Assembly (NCBI GenBank): GCA_010909165.1
Contig: MU008191.1
Location: 434,001-498,000 of the forward strand
DNA length: 64,000 bases
Direction of reading: 5' to 3'
DNA from: Anthoceros angustus
Taxonomy: Eukaryota > Plantae > Anthocerotophyta
A program made the translations under genes and the position numbers. The first letter of the stretch is position 1; each line of letters opens with the position of its first letter. The notes under the pieces are model-generated. The model saw only the letters and a list, made by a program, of their open reading frames with translations, was not told the origin of the DNA and did no database searches. Positions 47,207 through 60,500 of this stretch are shown one piece after another.

Positions 47207-48703
47207 TCAAGACCAAGAACAAGAGGATCGAGTAAAACCTAATTGATTTTTTTGTAGGTCATATTCAAAGAAAAAATTTTGTTGTTGCATATTCCCAATA
47301 ATATTAAATGTATTCAAGCTGCTATCAAAAATTGCTAGGCAATATAGAGATTCGTCTTTAAATAAAAGATTTTGCTTGAGAAGATGCATATCAACCTCAC
47401 CACTACCATTTGCATTTTGAAAATGGAAAGTTACTCTTGGAAATTGCGTTGAATGGAAAGTGTCTTCTGATATGTTGTAACATAATCTATAATTGTTAGA
47501 AGGTACCCTTGGCAAATTTGTTTGCCTATGAAAAGCTCGAGCCAATAGGATATTTACAGGAGCGGCCAACTCTGTGAATGTCGTACCAGAATCAATAATG
47601 GTGCCAGTATAGGGTATATCCGTAGCTTCAAATAGTGAGGAGTCTATATTCAATCGTGTTCCTCCTACGGAAATTCCTGTCATGTTGAGATAATAATAAG
47701 AAGGTTCCCATGAGGCTCTCAGAATTGGAGTGTAATGAATGTGATGTTGACTTGTATTATGACTTTTTGAAATATCTCCAAATGATAAATAACTAATAGC
47801 ATGTTTTTGAGTCATTCTGTTTGGAAAGCAATACCTGGTGACACACATGTACACAAAAACTTAAAGTCAAATTTTAATTCTTCAGTTTAAAAGTATTTTT
47901 AAGATTAGATTAATATCACAATAATTTTTAACTAACATCAACAAATACCTGAATTTCACAAAATGTTTTTTATTTGTTCGAGTCGCAAGCTGCTTTCCAA
48001 GAGAATCGGTATATCTACCTAACCCCAAAATACCCGTATCTGAGCTAGTATCATGAACCGTTGTAGCACATCCAAATTGAATGCCTGATATCTTTCTATT
48101 TTTATTTGATAAGTTTTCCAGAGTCACGGCCTCTGTAGCAAGATCTCCACTGGCAGATGTTCCATCTCCATATTCATCATTAAAGGTCCTCACCGTTCCA
48201 TTTTTGGAACGAAGTTGTTTATATGTGCTCGACTGCGAAGGATTAAAAGAACCTAAATGTATATTACAATTTTGATCTTCACATGGTTCACATCTAATCC
48301 ACAATCGGCTACTGCCAGTATCTAAGATAAGCAAAGTATCTTGTGGTGGTGTTCCAACTTGAAGTCGAACAAAATACTCGTCATTCCAATACCTTCCCGG
48401 TGATACCACCGGACTTCTTAAGTTAACTTTCTTTGATGGTTTTAAGCTTTTACCCCTTGATGCGATATACCGTTTGGCATCTTTCGACGTATCATTCAAT
48501 AAATCTGCATGAAAAAAAGGAAAAGTATATTGAGGAATCTCTCCCAAAATACCTTGCAATGATGGCAAGACCTCTTTATCGAGGATCTTCGTGGTATGAT
48601 CACACCTCACAAAACCAATGAAAGGTATGAGAATAATATAAAAATGACATAATAATAATATTAACATTCGAACATTCCATGCAAACTTTATGAACTCCAT
48701 CAT
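47207..48703 (-). CDS. Secreted A1 (nepenthesin/CDR1-like) aspartic protease, 2 exons (48703-47949, 47834-47207)
   Basis: Signal peptide; EYFVRLQVGTPPQ..LDTGSSRLWIRC; FGC; GILGLG; F.YC spanning the intron; IIDSGTTFT; IIGNMQQQN..YDL....LGF....C. Confidence 0.94.
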
Positions 48704-49244
48704 ATGAAAGCTTTAGTGGATGGTCGACAACCGTTCTCCCGCTCTTTATCTAATTTATTCAAAAGTTGAGATGACAAAAGATCTCATGCTTCACTAATTC
48801 GAAACAAAAAAGGTTGCCTCCAAGTCCTAGATAACACAATTTCTCTGATCAAAATTTACACCTTGCCCACAATAAACTGCATTTTACACCAAATTCTCTG
48901 ATAAAATTTCCAAAATTCATACCTTACGTACAATATGTTCCAGTTCACACCTCGTACATACTAAACTCCCCTTTAAGCCTCATAGTTGCCGTGGAATAAG
49001 TTGTGAGTCAATTTCACATCCTGTCAAGCCTAAGGTCTTATAAGAGCATATACATTAGCTCTCTTACTTTCCTTTTTAGTAGGAATGAGCTTTTCTTGGT
49101 GAAGTTGGTTATGACCAGTTATCATATGATCCAAATAGTTAAGGTCGTCCTGGCTGGTTATTATATGATCTAAAAAGTAGTCTAGAATTCTTTTTTTTCC
49201 TTAACAGAGGTATATATACAGTTTGGGACACTGGCTTTTTTGGT

Positions 49245-49352
49245 CATGTGTGGTTTGTCCTTTCCTTGTTCAAGGCTCATACTGGCAGAAAGAAGCAGCC
49301 CCATTGGAAGAGTGAATGTTGATGAATCGGCCTTGTGGTGTTCCTCGTCCAT
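49245..49352 (-). pseudogene. Second NdhT relic fragment
   Basis: TPQGRFINI and QYE remnants. Shares TGTTGATGAATCGGCCTTGTGGTGTT exactly with the relic at ~10361-10387. Confidence 0.6.
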
Positions 49353-49748
49353 TTTGAAATTCCTATCAGGCAATGTCACTCGTATTGATCCACGATGGTC
49401 TTAGCGATGCGATGAAAACGTTTTTTTCGGAAAGATCATGAAGGCGGTCTCGGAGGACGGAATCTAGGCAGTTTCAGGATGGGCGGAGCACATGATGCGA
49501 AAGTGCCTACGTTCCCCCTTCCAACATAGTCTACGTGCATTAGAAGTGAAATGATCTACTTGAGTGGAACCACATTTGTGGTCTGACCTGCATTCACAAG
49601 GTGGGTGCCTGTTGCATCCGTTGATCCATCGTGCCATGGCTGTCTGGAGTGTGTTAATCTGGCTTCTAGGAAGAGCGCCTGCTCACGTGACTTCAAAGAA
49701 CCAACCAAGGTGCACCACCTCGGGACTAAAGCCAGCCCGTCCAAGAGG

Positions 49749-52700
49749 ATGTCCGGCTGGAGACGGATCTTCCACCGACGGTGGTCGTCACGGCCCTACG
49801 AGGGCCTCTGGCCGAACGATTTGTATAATCCAACTCGAGCGGATGTGCGGCTTGTTGGTATTGATGGGGAGTTGGGTCGTCGGGCCTCCGAATTGGAATG
49901 GAGGTCGCTGGATGATCAGTCAGCATTCGTGACGGCTGAAATCGTGAGCAAGCTATGTCACGAGGGCCATCTCCGTGAGGCTGTTGAGGCTTTGGGTGTT
50001 TTGGTGCAGACAGATTGTTGCATTTCCAACTCTCTGTTTTATACTGTCCTGAAGAAATGTGTATCCGAAAAGGATTTGGTTCTGGGTCGCCGCGTCCATG
50101 TTTTGACGGTGAAGCAGGGGTTCCAGTCGGACACTTTTCTGGGCACCCATATCCTGCGGATGTATGCTTCGCATGGCAGGTTGCAAGACGCGATGGATGT
50201 GTTTCAAATGGTTGGAAAACCAGATGGCTTCATGTGGTGTGCCATAATTTCTGCGCATGTTAAACATGGACAGGACAAAGCCGCTGTAGACCTTTATCAT
50301 CGGATGCGCAGGTCAAATGTGAAGGCAGATGGCCATGTGTTTGCGGCAGCCCTTCGGGCTTGTGCAAGGGGATCAGATTTGAAAACTGGGCATCAGGTGC
50401 ATGCTGATGTGCTGGCCAACGGTGTCGAGTCCGATTCGTTTGTCTGTAGCTGCTTGGTGGACATGTATGCAAAGTGTGGCAGCTTACACCATGCCCAGAT
50501 TCTGTTTGATGGACTTGTGCATAAGAATGTGGTAACGTGGAATACCATGATAGCAGGATATTCTCAACAGGGCAAGGGACAGGAAGCCCTTCGTCTCTAC
50601 GGGGCTATGCAAGACGAGGGCATTATTGCACCAGATTCTGTGACATTTGTCTGCCTTCTGCAGGCATGTGCAAGTGTAGGCACCCCAGCTTTGAATAGGG
50701 GGAAGGAGCTTCATGCTCAAGTAAGAGAACAAGGACATGAAGCTGATCTGTTTGTAGCAAACAGTTTGGTGAACATGTATGCAAAGTGTGGCAGCTTGCA
50801 AGAGGCTCGAAGCGTTTTTGACGTACTTGGTCAAAAGGATGTGGTGACATGGAATGCCATGCTAGCAGCTTATTCCCAGCAGGGCATGGGCCTCAAAGCC
50901 CTTGATCTCTACACTGTGATGCAAGAGACCGGCATCACCCTACCCAATTCTGTTACCTTTGTATGTCTCCTCCAGGCATGTGCAAGTGTGGGCTCATCAG
51001 CTTTGAAGATGGGAAAGGAGCTTCACATAGAAATTAGAAAACGAGGACATGAGAATGATGGCTTTGTCGCCAACAGTTTGGTAGACATGTATGCAAAATG
51101 TGGCAGCTTGTCAGCTGCTCAGAGAGTGTTTGACACACTTGGTCACAAAGATGTGGTGACGTGGAATACCTTGATAACAGGATATTCCCACCAGGGCCAG
51201 GGCCAGGAAGCCCTTAATCTCTACAGTGCTATGCAAGAAGAAGGTACTGTTGTACCCAATTCTGTGACGTTTGTGTGTCTCCTGCAGGCATGTGCAAGTG
51301 TGGGCCGCCCAGCTTTGGAGAAGGGAAAGCAGCTCCATGTGCAAATTAGAAAACAAGGATATCAAGCCGATGTGTTTGTAACCAACAGTTTAGTGAACAT
51401 GTATGCCAAGTGTGGCAGCCTGGAAGATGCGCAGAGAGTATTTGATGGACTTGGTCAAAAGGATGTGGTGACCTGGACTGCCCTGATTGCCGGGTACTCC
51501 CAGCAGGGCATGGGCCAGGAAGCCCTTTGTCTTTACAGTGCTATGCAAGAAGAAGGAATTGCTGTGCCCAATTGTGTGACGTTTGTGTGCCTCCTGCAGG
51601 CATGTGCAAGTGTGGGCAGTGCAGCTTTGGACAGAGGGAAGAAACTGCATGCTCAAATTAGAGAACGAGGCTATCAAACTGATTCTTTTGTTGGCAGCAG
51701 TTTAGTCAACATGTATGCAAAGTGTGGCAGCTTGGAAGATGCTGAGAGTGCATTTGGACGACTTGGTGAACAAGACGTGGTTGCATGGACTGCTCTGATT
51801 GCAGGGTATTCCCAGCAGGGCAGGGGCCAGGAAGCCCTTCATCTCTACAACATTATGCAAGAAAAATGTATTGGTGTACCCAATTCCGTGACGTTTGTGT
51901 GTCTCCTGCAGGCCTGTGCAAGTGTGGGCACCCCTGCTTTGGCAAAGGGGAAGCAGCTTCATGTGCAAATCAGGGAACGAGGACATCAAGCTGATGTGTC
52001 GGTGGCCAACAGTTTGGTGAACATGTATGCAAAGTGTGGCAGCCTGGAAGATGCTCAAATTATTTGATGACCTTGGTGAAAGGGATGTGGTGACATGGAC
52101 TGTGCTAATTGCAGCATATTCTCAGCAGGGCATGGGCCAAGAAGCCCTTTTCCTTTACAGTGCTATGCAAGCAGAAGGCATCGCTGTACCGAATTCTGTG
52201 ACATTTGTGTGCCTACTGCAGGCATGTGCAAGTGGGCACCCCAGCGTTGGAAACAGGGAAGGATATTCATGAACAAATTAGAGAACGAGGACATCAAGCT
52301 GATGTGTTTGTTTCCAACAGTTTGGTGAACATGTATGCAAAGTGTGGCAGTGGAAGATGCCCAGTCTGTGTTTGACGGACTTGGTCAAAAGGATGTGGTG
52401 ACATGGACTGCTCTGATTGCAGGGTATTCCCAGCAGGGCATGGGCCAGGAAGCCCTTTGTCTTTACAGTGCTATGCAAGAAGAAGGAATTGCTGTGCCCA
52501 ATTGTGTGACGTTTGTGTGCCTCCTGCAGGCATGTGCAAGTGTGGGCAGTGCAGCTTTGGACAGAGGGAAGAAACTGCATGCTCAAATTAGAGAACGAGG
52601 CTATCAAACTGATTCTTTTGTTGGCAGCAGTTTAGTCAACATGTATGCAAAGTGTGGCAGCTTGGAAGATGCTGAGAGTGCATTTGGACGACTTGGTGAA

Positions 52701-54263
52701 CAAGACGTGGTTGCATGGACTGCTCTGATTGCAGGGTATTCCCAGCAGGGCAGGGGCCAGGAAGCCCTTCATCTCTACAACATTATGCAAGAAAAATGTA
52801 TTGGTGTACCCAATTCCGTGACGTTTGTGTGTCTCCTGCAGGCCTGTGCAAGTGTGGGCACCCCTGCTTTGGCAAAGGGGAAGCAGCTTCATGTGCAAAT
52901 CAGGGAACGAGGACATCAAGCTGATGTGTCGGTGGCCAACAGTTTGGTAAACATGTATGCTAAGTGTGGCAGCCTGGAAGATGCTCGGAAATTATTTGAT
53001 GACCTTGGTGAAAGGGATGTGGTGACATGGACTGTGCTAATTGCAGCATATTCTCAGCAGGGCATGGGCCAAGAAGCCCTTTTCCTTTACAGTGCTATGC
53101 AAGCAGAAGGCATCGCTGTACCGAATTCTGTGACATTTGTGTGCCTACTGCAGGCGTGTGCAAGTATCGGCACCCCAGCGTTGGAAACAGGGAAGGATAT
53201 TCATGAACAAATTAGAGAACGAGGACATCAAGCTGATGTGTTTGTTTCCAACAGTTTGGTGAACATGTATGCAAAGTGTGGCAGTGTGGAAGATGCCCAG
53301 TCTGTGTTTGACGGACTTGGTCAAAAGGATGTGGTAGCATGGACAGCTCTAATTGCAGGGTATTCCGAGCAGGGGATGGGCCAGGAAGCCCTTCGTCGTT
53401 ACAATGCTATGCAAGAAGAAGGCGTCACTGTGCCGGATGCTGTTACATTTGTTTGCCTCTTGCAGGCATGTGCAAATGTATCTGCTTTGCATCTGGGAAG
53501 ACAGCTACATGCACAGATCGAGGAAGGGGGGCTCCAAGCTGATCTCTCTGTAGCCAGCAGTTTGATAAACATGTACGGAAAGTGTGGGAGTATGGTTGAT
53601 GCACAGCAGGTGTTTGATGCTTTGCCTGAAAAAAACGACGTTACCTGGAGTGCACTGATCGCAGGCTATACCTGCCAAGGACACAGTGAAGTGGTTTTTG
53701 ACTTGGTTCACATGATGAGAGAGGATGGCATACAGCCAGTTGGCATCACATTCCTGAGCCTCCTAACAGCATGCAGCCATGCTGGTCTAGTGAATAAGGG
53801 CAAAGAATACTTTGAGGCAATGAGCGGACAATACGGGATCACTCCCACCCTGGAACACTACACATGCATGGTGGATCTTCTGGGCCGTGCAGGCCGTCTG
53901 AACGAGGCATTAGCTTTGATCAGGAGAATGCCTGCATCACCTAATGCTGCAGTTTGGCACACTCTGTTGGGTGCTTGTCAAAAGTGGAGCGATGTGCAGG
54001 TGGGACGCCATGCTTTCCGCCAAGCAATGAATCTAGACAAGAAAGATGCTGCAGCATATGTGTTAATGTCGAACATATACACCGGTGCCCGAATGTGGGA
54101 TCAGGCACAGAAGATGCAGGAGATGAGAAAAAGAGTCGGAGCCCGGAAGCTGCCGGGTCGAAGCTGCTGGACAGACATGGAAGGTCAGGTCCACAGCTTT
54201 TTGGTTGGGAGTTACAAGCATCCCAGGGTGAACCAAAGAAGAAAGGATGTGTGCCACATCTAG
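49749..54263 (+). CDS. PLS-class PPR protein with E1/E2/E+ (truncated DYW:WW-type) C-terminus; putative organellar RNA-editing factor; frameshifted at 52056-52350 as assembled
   Basis: 312-bp (104-aa) P-L-S periodicity, with MYAKCG-type motifs ~12 times. GITFLSLLTACSHAGLV, LEHYTCMVDLLGRAG, W.TLLGAC, AAYVLMSNIY, RKLPGRSCWTDMEGQVHSF. Arg/Ser-rich transit-like N-terminus from the ATG at 49749. Confidence 0.93.
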
Positions 54264-54339
54264 GGAGACGTCCTGATGATGGAAAGGAAGTTTCCTTGTG
54301 TGGGCACAGCTAGAATCTGGCCCATTAAACACAGGTTCC

Positions 54340-54780
54340 GAGGAGACTCTCATGAATTTGAAGCCTCTGCAGGGCTATTGCAAGATGAAGGCATTCGCAC
54401 TGATTGTGGTGCATTTGAGCAGAAAGCCCTTCGTCTCTGCACTGTTATGCACTGTTGCGTCCAAGCCTGGGACACCTGCGGTTCTCCTCTGCAGGCATGT
54501 GCAAGTGTGGGCGGCCTGGAGAAGGGGAAGTGAGAACAGGGACATCAATTCTATTGTCTTTCTAGCCGGCAGTGTGATGAACAAGTATGCAAAGTGTGGG
54601 CACTTGAAAGTTGCTGGGAGACTCTTTCATGGACTTGATCATGACTTCGTGGACTTGATCGGGGCTGGTAGCGTGGACTGCTTCAATTGCAGAGTATTCG
54701 ACAGCAGGGCATGTGGTGAAATACAGAGTGATACGCAAGAGGTAGGCATCGCCATACCGGAGACAGTGACGCACGATTGA
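54340..54780 (+). pseudogene. Degenerate PLS-PPR fragment
   Basis: KALRLCTVM, LQACASVGGLEKGK, SVMNKYAKCGHLKVAGRLFHGL and QEVGIAIPETVT in shifting frames. Confidence 0.75.
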
Positions 54781-55494
54781 CTTCTGGGCATTTGCCTCTA
54801 TGGCTGCTTTGCACCTGGCGAGCAGGGAGTGGCGGCAAGACGGGGCGAACGTAAAATTGACAGTACAGTGGTATGCCTTGCACACCGCCTTTGACTGAGC
54901 GGAACACTTCGACATCAGAGGAGAGAAACACTCTGTGGCTTGGCAGCCGCGTGATATTGAGGGCCAAGACATTGGACAGCTCCAGCCTGTAAAACCTATC
55001 GGGCTTCTGCATAACTTTCTTGGTCCCAAAGCAGCGCGTCCTTGAAGCCTTTCTTGCAGCCACCATAATGGTCCTTCAGCTCAGCATGCCCAGGACAACC
55101 AGAAATTGCACCACCATCCCAAACCTACAACACATTATGAAGCAGCTCGCCCGCCCTCGAAAGAGAGTTAGAAACCAGTACAGCATTCTGATGTTGGTCC
55201 TCACCGTGACCAGCGTCTAGCCGCCGGAATTCAGCACTCGGATTTCAGCTACGCTCAAGTAGTAGCTGTTTCGACCTTCCGGGGTCTGGTGATCAGTTTT
55301 CGGTTTCCTTTGAGTCCCGGCGGTCAGCATCTGGCGACCTTCCGGGGTCTAGTGCCCAGTTTTCGGTTTCATCTGTTTCTTGAAAGTGAACCTTGTGCCT
55401 CCCGCGACAACTTTACGAAGCCAAAGATTCAATTATGATACAACCATGTTACAACTGTGCACTCTATGTACATGTTGCGACTTGTGAGCTCCTT

Positions 55495-56745
55495 TCATCT
55501 GCTCTCCTTAAACCGATCATCATCCAATTCAAGGCCCTCTGCAGCAAGAAGCTGCTGTATCAACTTCTTCTTGTCCTCCTCGTCCTGCTTCCTTTTCAGT
55601 ATGTCCCGTTTCTTCAAAACCAGAGAATGCCGCCTCACAGTTGTCTCAAAGTTTGAAACGCTAGCTTGCTTTTCTCGGGAGAGAATTCTCCTTTCCTCTT
55701 CTGGGTCCATCTGCAACAGATTCAAACTTGTCAGCTCTGGGAGAAAAGGGAACGCAATTGCCTCCCATTGTTTCTTGATGTCACATGATACCTTATGCTT
55801 TGCCAGACGACGAGCTTTCAAATTCATCTCCCGCTGCTGCTGCTCAGCCCATGCAGAGACAGCCATGTCCCCACGTTGCTCGAACGCTTTCTTCTTCTTA
55901 ATCACCCACTCTACCCACGATTTTGACGCCTGCTCCAAACAGCAGGATGTTAGATCGAGCTACCGGAAGCACAAAGCTGGATATAGTCCTGTTCAAACAG
56001 GCATGGGATGAGCTGAAACCCGACCTTCATAGGATTTGTTCGATGGTCAAGGTCATATTGTCTGCGCTGATCCTTGTCCATAAGAAGCTCATAGGCTGCC
56101 TGAATCTTGATGAATCGACCTTCGGCTGTTTCCCCGTCCAGTAACTCTGTGCTACCATCGTACACTGGACATGTCCACTATGCACTCAGATGTGTCTGTA
56201 GAAAGATATCCCGACATGAACTGTCAATCGCCTGGCAGGAATGAGAGTCAAGATGCCCTTACCATCCGGGTGAAACACTTTGGCAAGACGCCGATAGGCA
56301 GTCTTAACTCCATCGTCGTTCACATCCCTCTCCACACCTTCATCCATATGCGAAGCATACCACTCATACAACTATTCCACGAGCAGCACGCCCCAATCCG
56401 GGCAAATCAGGAAGCGACCAAAAGCTGATCACTGCTCATACCTAGAATATCATACGGCGACTCCGCATCCGTCCATTCCGCTGATCTGACTGAAAATAAC
56501 CTCCCTGCCAGCTTTCTCCTCCTCCTCTCTCCATGGAACACACGCCTGCCGGACGATTCCTGAGAAACCCTTCCCAACTGGCAGCAGCGGGCATCACCTG
56601 GAACACACTTGCGTCTTATCCACGTCCTCTGCAGACGCCCCAACCTTAATGCCCCTACCTGAAGCAGCGAGAGGCAAGGGGAAGAAGCTGAAGCCAGAGA
56701 TGAAAGACTTATAGAGGAGAGGCAAGCGGCCCGGAGAGATGCCAT
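55495..56745 (-). CDS. ndhT: Chloroplast NDH complex subunit T (J-domain protein CRRJ), multi-exon
   Basis: Transit peptide; SPYDILG; VKTAYRRLAKVFHPD; FIKIQAAYELL; AFEQRGDMAVSAWAEQQQ; DPEEERRIL. Confidence 0.92.
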
Positions 56746-57589
56746 TGGAACGCCGTCAGAGCGGAGCCTACACGGGGCTAGAATTTCAAACGAGTGAGAC
56801 AGAATCCGCTGCGAGTGCTTTCATGTTTAGAATTCCCGGAAAACCTGTCTGGCGATCCACATCTTCCCCAGCAGGAACCAGAACTGATAGTCCACAAACA
56901 CCTTACAATCTCTGAGCTACAGGATCGCCAAAATCCCCATTCCTCCTGGGTATTGAAGATTGTTTGCCTCACACGCTTCACAACTGCAATTCGGACTGCT
57001 CTCAACTAGCAACTTTTCCAAGGCACAAACGTATCAAAAGCAAAGCATAGTATGCTCCTTCCAGCTGATCACGGCAAAGAGAAGTTTCCAATTCACGGCC
57101 ACAGAGCGCTTGTCAGCGCAATTCAGCACACAGGAATGCGGGAATTTCTGAACTTGCCTGCCGCATGTGGCAAGGCCACCGAGATTCCGAGATTTGAGAG
57201 ACTGAATTCCCAGAAACGTTTCTTACAGGTACTTACATGGAAATGTGGAAGATTCCGAATAGGGCTGAGCGAAGCCCTAATTTATATGCACTGGCGGGAA
57301 CTTGAAGGAGGTGCTTGATCCCGGAGGCTTCAGCTGAATTGAATGTATCGACTGTTGAGACTCTGTCTGCGTGCTCGATGGGTGAGGGATTGTTGAACGG
57401 AGGATCTATGGTGTCGATGTGCTGGACTTTCTCGACACTGAGGGTTGAGGCCGTAGTTGGAGGAATTGGATGGGATTGATGACTGGGGCAATTGGTCCCT
57501 TGTCGTTGTCTAGGCACGACGGTGTAATAGTTTGGGAAGAAGGAGACTAAGTCTGGGTCGGGCTGGGCTGGGCTGGGCTGGAAGGTAGG

Positions 57590-60500
57590 ATGAGGCCTTC
57601 ACAGCAACGGCCTCCATACGGGTACCTGCGGCCGCCTCTCCCGCGTCTGCAGCCTCCTCAGCATGGAGCTTACTTGCCGCATCCCAGCTACATGGCTGGG
57701 TCGGGGGCTGCCGCACCAGGTATACCGGCCATGGGGGTCCCAATGGGCGCTGGGCAGTATGAGTATCTGCAGGGAGGCGTCGTGATGCAGGGTGGGGATG
57801 TCATGAACCAGGGCTGGATGAACCCTAGACCTGATAATAGGGGCTGGGAGGCAGGTGTGTTCGCTCAGGTGAGCCTGGGTGTTGGTTTGGTACCGTGACC
57901 AGATCGTGGAGAGGGAGTCTCTGCTGGAGTATGTGGATTTGGCCAGGTTTCGGTACGCGTTTTGACTAGCCGTGGCTTCTCGCAGGGTAGACCACCACAG
58001 CCACACTTCAACGGTGGCATGACTATGATATGTGAGGGGGTTCCAAATGCTGTCAATAGTCATGGCCTGCATCAGATGAATGCCCATGCTTTCCAGCCGC
58101 AACCTCATCAGGCACCACAGATGATGCCGGGCGTGGGATTACTGCCCGCACCCCATCCATCTGCTCCTCCGGGTTATCATCATTTTGGTGGGCAGCCAGT
58201 TTGGGGTCAGGCCCCACCAGGTCAAGGCTGGTATGGTGGCATGCCTCCTCCGCATGAAATGAATCAGTTTCAAGCGTTGCCGCCTGAATTCGGGTACAAG
58301 GATCCTGGGGCCGGTGGTGGTTCTAGGAGATCTGCACCTGGAGGAAATCGAGGAACAGAAAACTCTGTTCCTCCTGTGTTGAGCTCCCAGAAGCCGACTG
58401 AGTGAGTAGATTGCTGGTTTGTCTATTCGCTTATTGTGAATTGCACTTTTCTTCCTAGGTCTCTCTGTGATGTGTGGTTATCATGGTAATCAGGCAGCTG
58501 CATTGTGCAGCTTGTGACCGGTCATTCACTAACAGTCAGCAAAGAGCTGCGCACATGAACACTCATGTCAAGTGTGATGCACAGGGCTGCACGTTTGAGG
58601 CCTCTAGTAAGCGTGCCGCTACCTATGCTGGCTATTCTGCAATGTGTCTTTGCGGCTCTGCTTGTGTGATCCAAACCCAGGCCCTTCAGCTCATTTGCGT
58701 AGTTCCACTCTAGCATCCTCTCACTATGAGTGTGCAATGCTTGCGATAGGTCTTCCATGTTTAAGTACTGTGTAAGCCAAATCAAAGATTGTGTTTGGAT
58801 TGGCAGCAAGGGTTGTCAAGGAACACAAGCTTACACATGGCAAGAAACCATCTCTGGAGCGGGTTATATCCAGGTACCATGGGCGTGAGTCTTTTATATG
58901 TTGGCTTCACCACGAAATTGGTTTGTGGGGTTTCTTGCTGATGCCATCTTTACAGAAAGCCCATTTCCAAAGAGGCAGAGGTTGAAGCACAGCGATGGCG
59001 AGATGAACGGCGAAAAAATTATCCTACAGTGGCAAACATCAAGCGCAGGGTATGACCCTGGCCAGGGGTATGCATAGTTTTCTCCTTTTCTATGGGTGGA
59101 ATATCTGATTTTCTGTAAGTGGATGCAGGAGGAAGAGCTAGCTGCTCGCAGAGCAACAGGAGAGATGATGGATGAGGAGGCTTGCAAGCGGAGGCAGGTC
59201 TGTGTCCATTGTCACGGTGTCTGCTTATTACGATGACCTGCTTGTGTGGGAAAATATTTTTTGCTGCCTAATGGTCCTCTTGTTAACTAATGTGCTTTTG
59301 TACTGGCAGAGATTAAAAGAGATTCTGGCAAAACAAGCTCAATTGGGGTGTGCAGTTGCTGAGGTTCCAGACTATATGTTGAGAGATACTTACGGGGCTG
59401 GGCGCAGGCCTGCTGGGCAGACCAGAGTGAATGGGAAGAGGAGGATCCAGCAGGATACAGTGCTCGACACTACACTCAATAGTGTGAATGGAGAGAGGCC
59501 GGCGAAGGTTGCAAGGCTAGAGAACGACTCTCAGGTGGATTACACCGCTGAAGAGGATAGGACTTCCATGGCAGTTGGTAACGTGGTACCAATTTCAGAG
59601 GTAGTTGATGGTAAGGAACCACACAACCTTGCGGACACCCGGCAGACAAGGCAAGGAACACGGGTGTGTCACTACTTTTTGAGAGGCCGGTGCAAGAAGG
59701 GAGGGAGATGTGAGTTTCTCCACGAACGAAATTCCAGGCATAAGGGCGCTGGACGAGAGAACAGGGGCCAGCAGATGGTGGGGGTGGCAGCCCAGCGGAA
59801 GCCAAGTCTGTTGGCCAAACTACTGGAACCTGAGGTCCAAAGAGACCACAGTCACATCCTACAGTGTCTCCGCTTTTTCGTGGATAACAATTTTCTTCAA
59901 GATTATCCAGAGAAACCGCTGGAGTTCTCCAGCTGGCTGTCTGAAGAGGAACGCATGACTGAAGTAGAGAAATGGGACACAGCGGAGAAGGGCTGTGTAG
60001 TAGCAGATGTAGCAGAGGATCTCGAAGTAGCCGATGTAGCAGAGGATCTCAGGGTAGCCAATATAGCAGAGGATAGTGGAGGAGCATTTGTAGCACAGGA
60101 TGGCGGAGGCGCTGTGGCACAGACTGTCGGAGTAGCAGCTGTAGCACAGGATGTCGGAGTAGCAGCTGTAGGAGAGGACTGCCCGGTAGCAGCTACAGCA
60201 GAGAACGGTGGCGGCACAGAGGACGTCACACAGGGAGATGACAGCCAGCAGGGATGCAACACCCCGCAGGGAGCTGACACCAGCTGGCGGGCTGAAGAGG
60301 AACGCATGGCTGAAGCAGAGAAATGCAACACAGCGGAGAAGGGCTGTGTAGCAGATGTAGCAGAGGATCTCAGAGTAGCCGAGATAGCAGAGGATAGTGG
60401 AGGAGCAGTTGTAGCACAGGATGGTGGAGGAGCCGCTGTGGCACTGGATGGCGGAGGAGTCGCTGTGGCACAGGATGGCGGAGGAGTCGCTGTGGCACAG

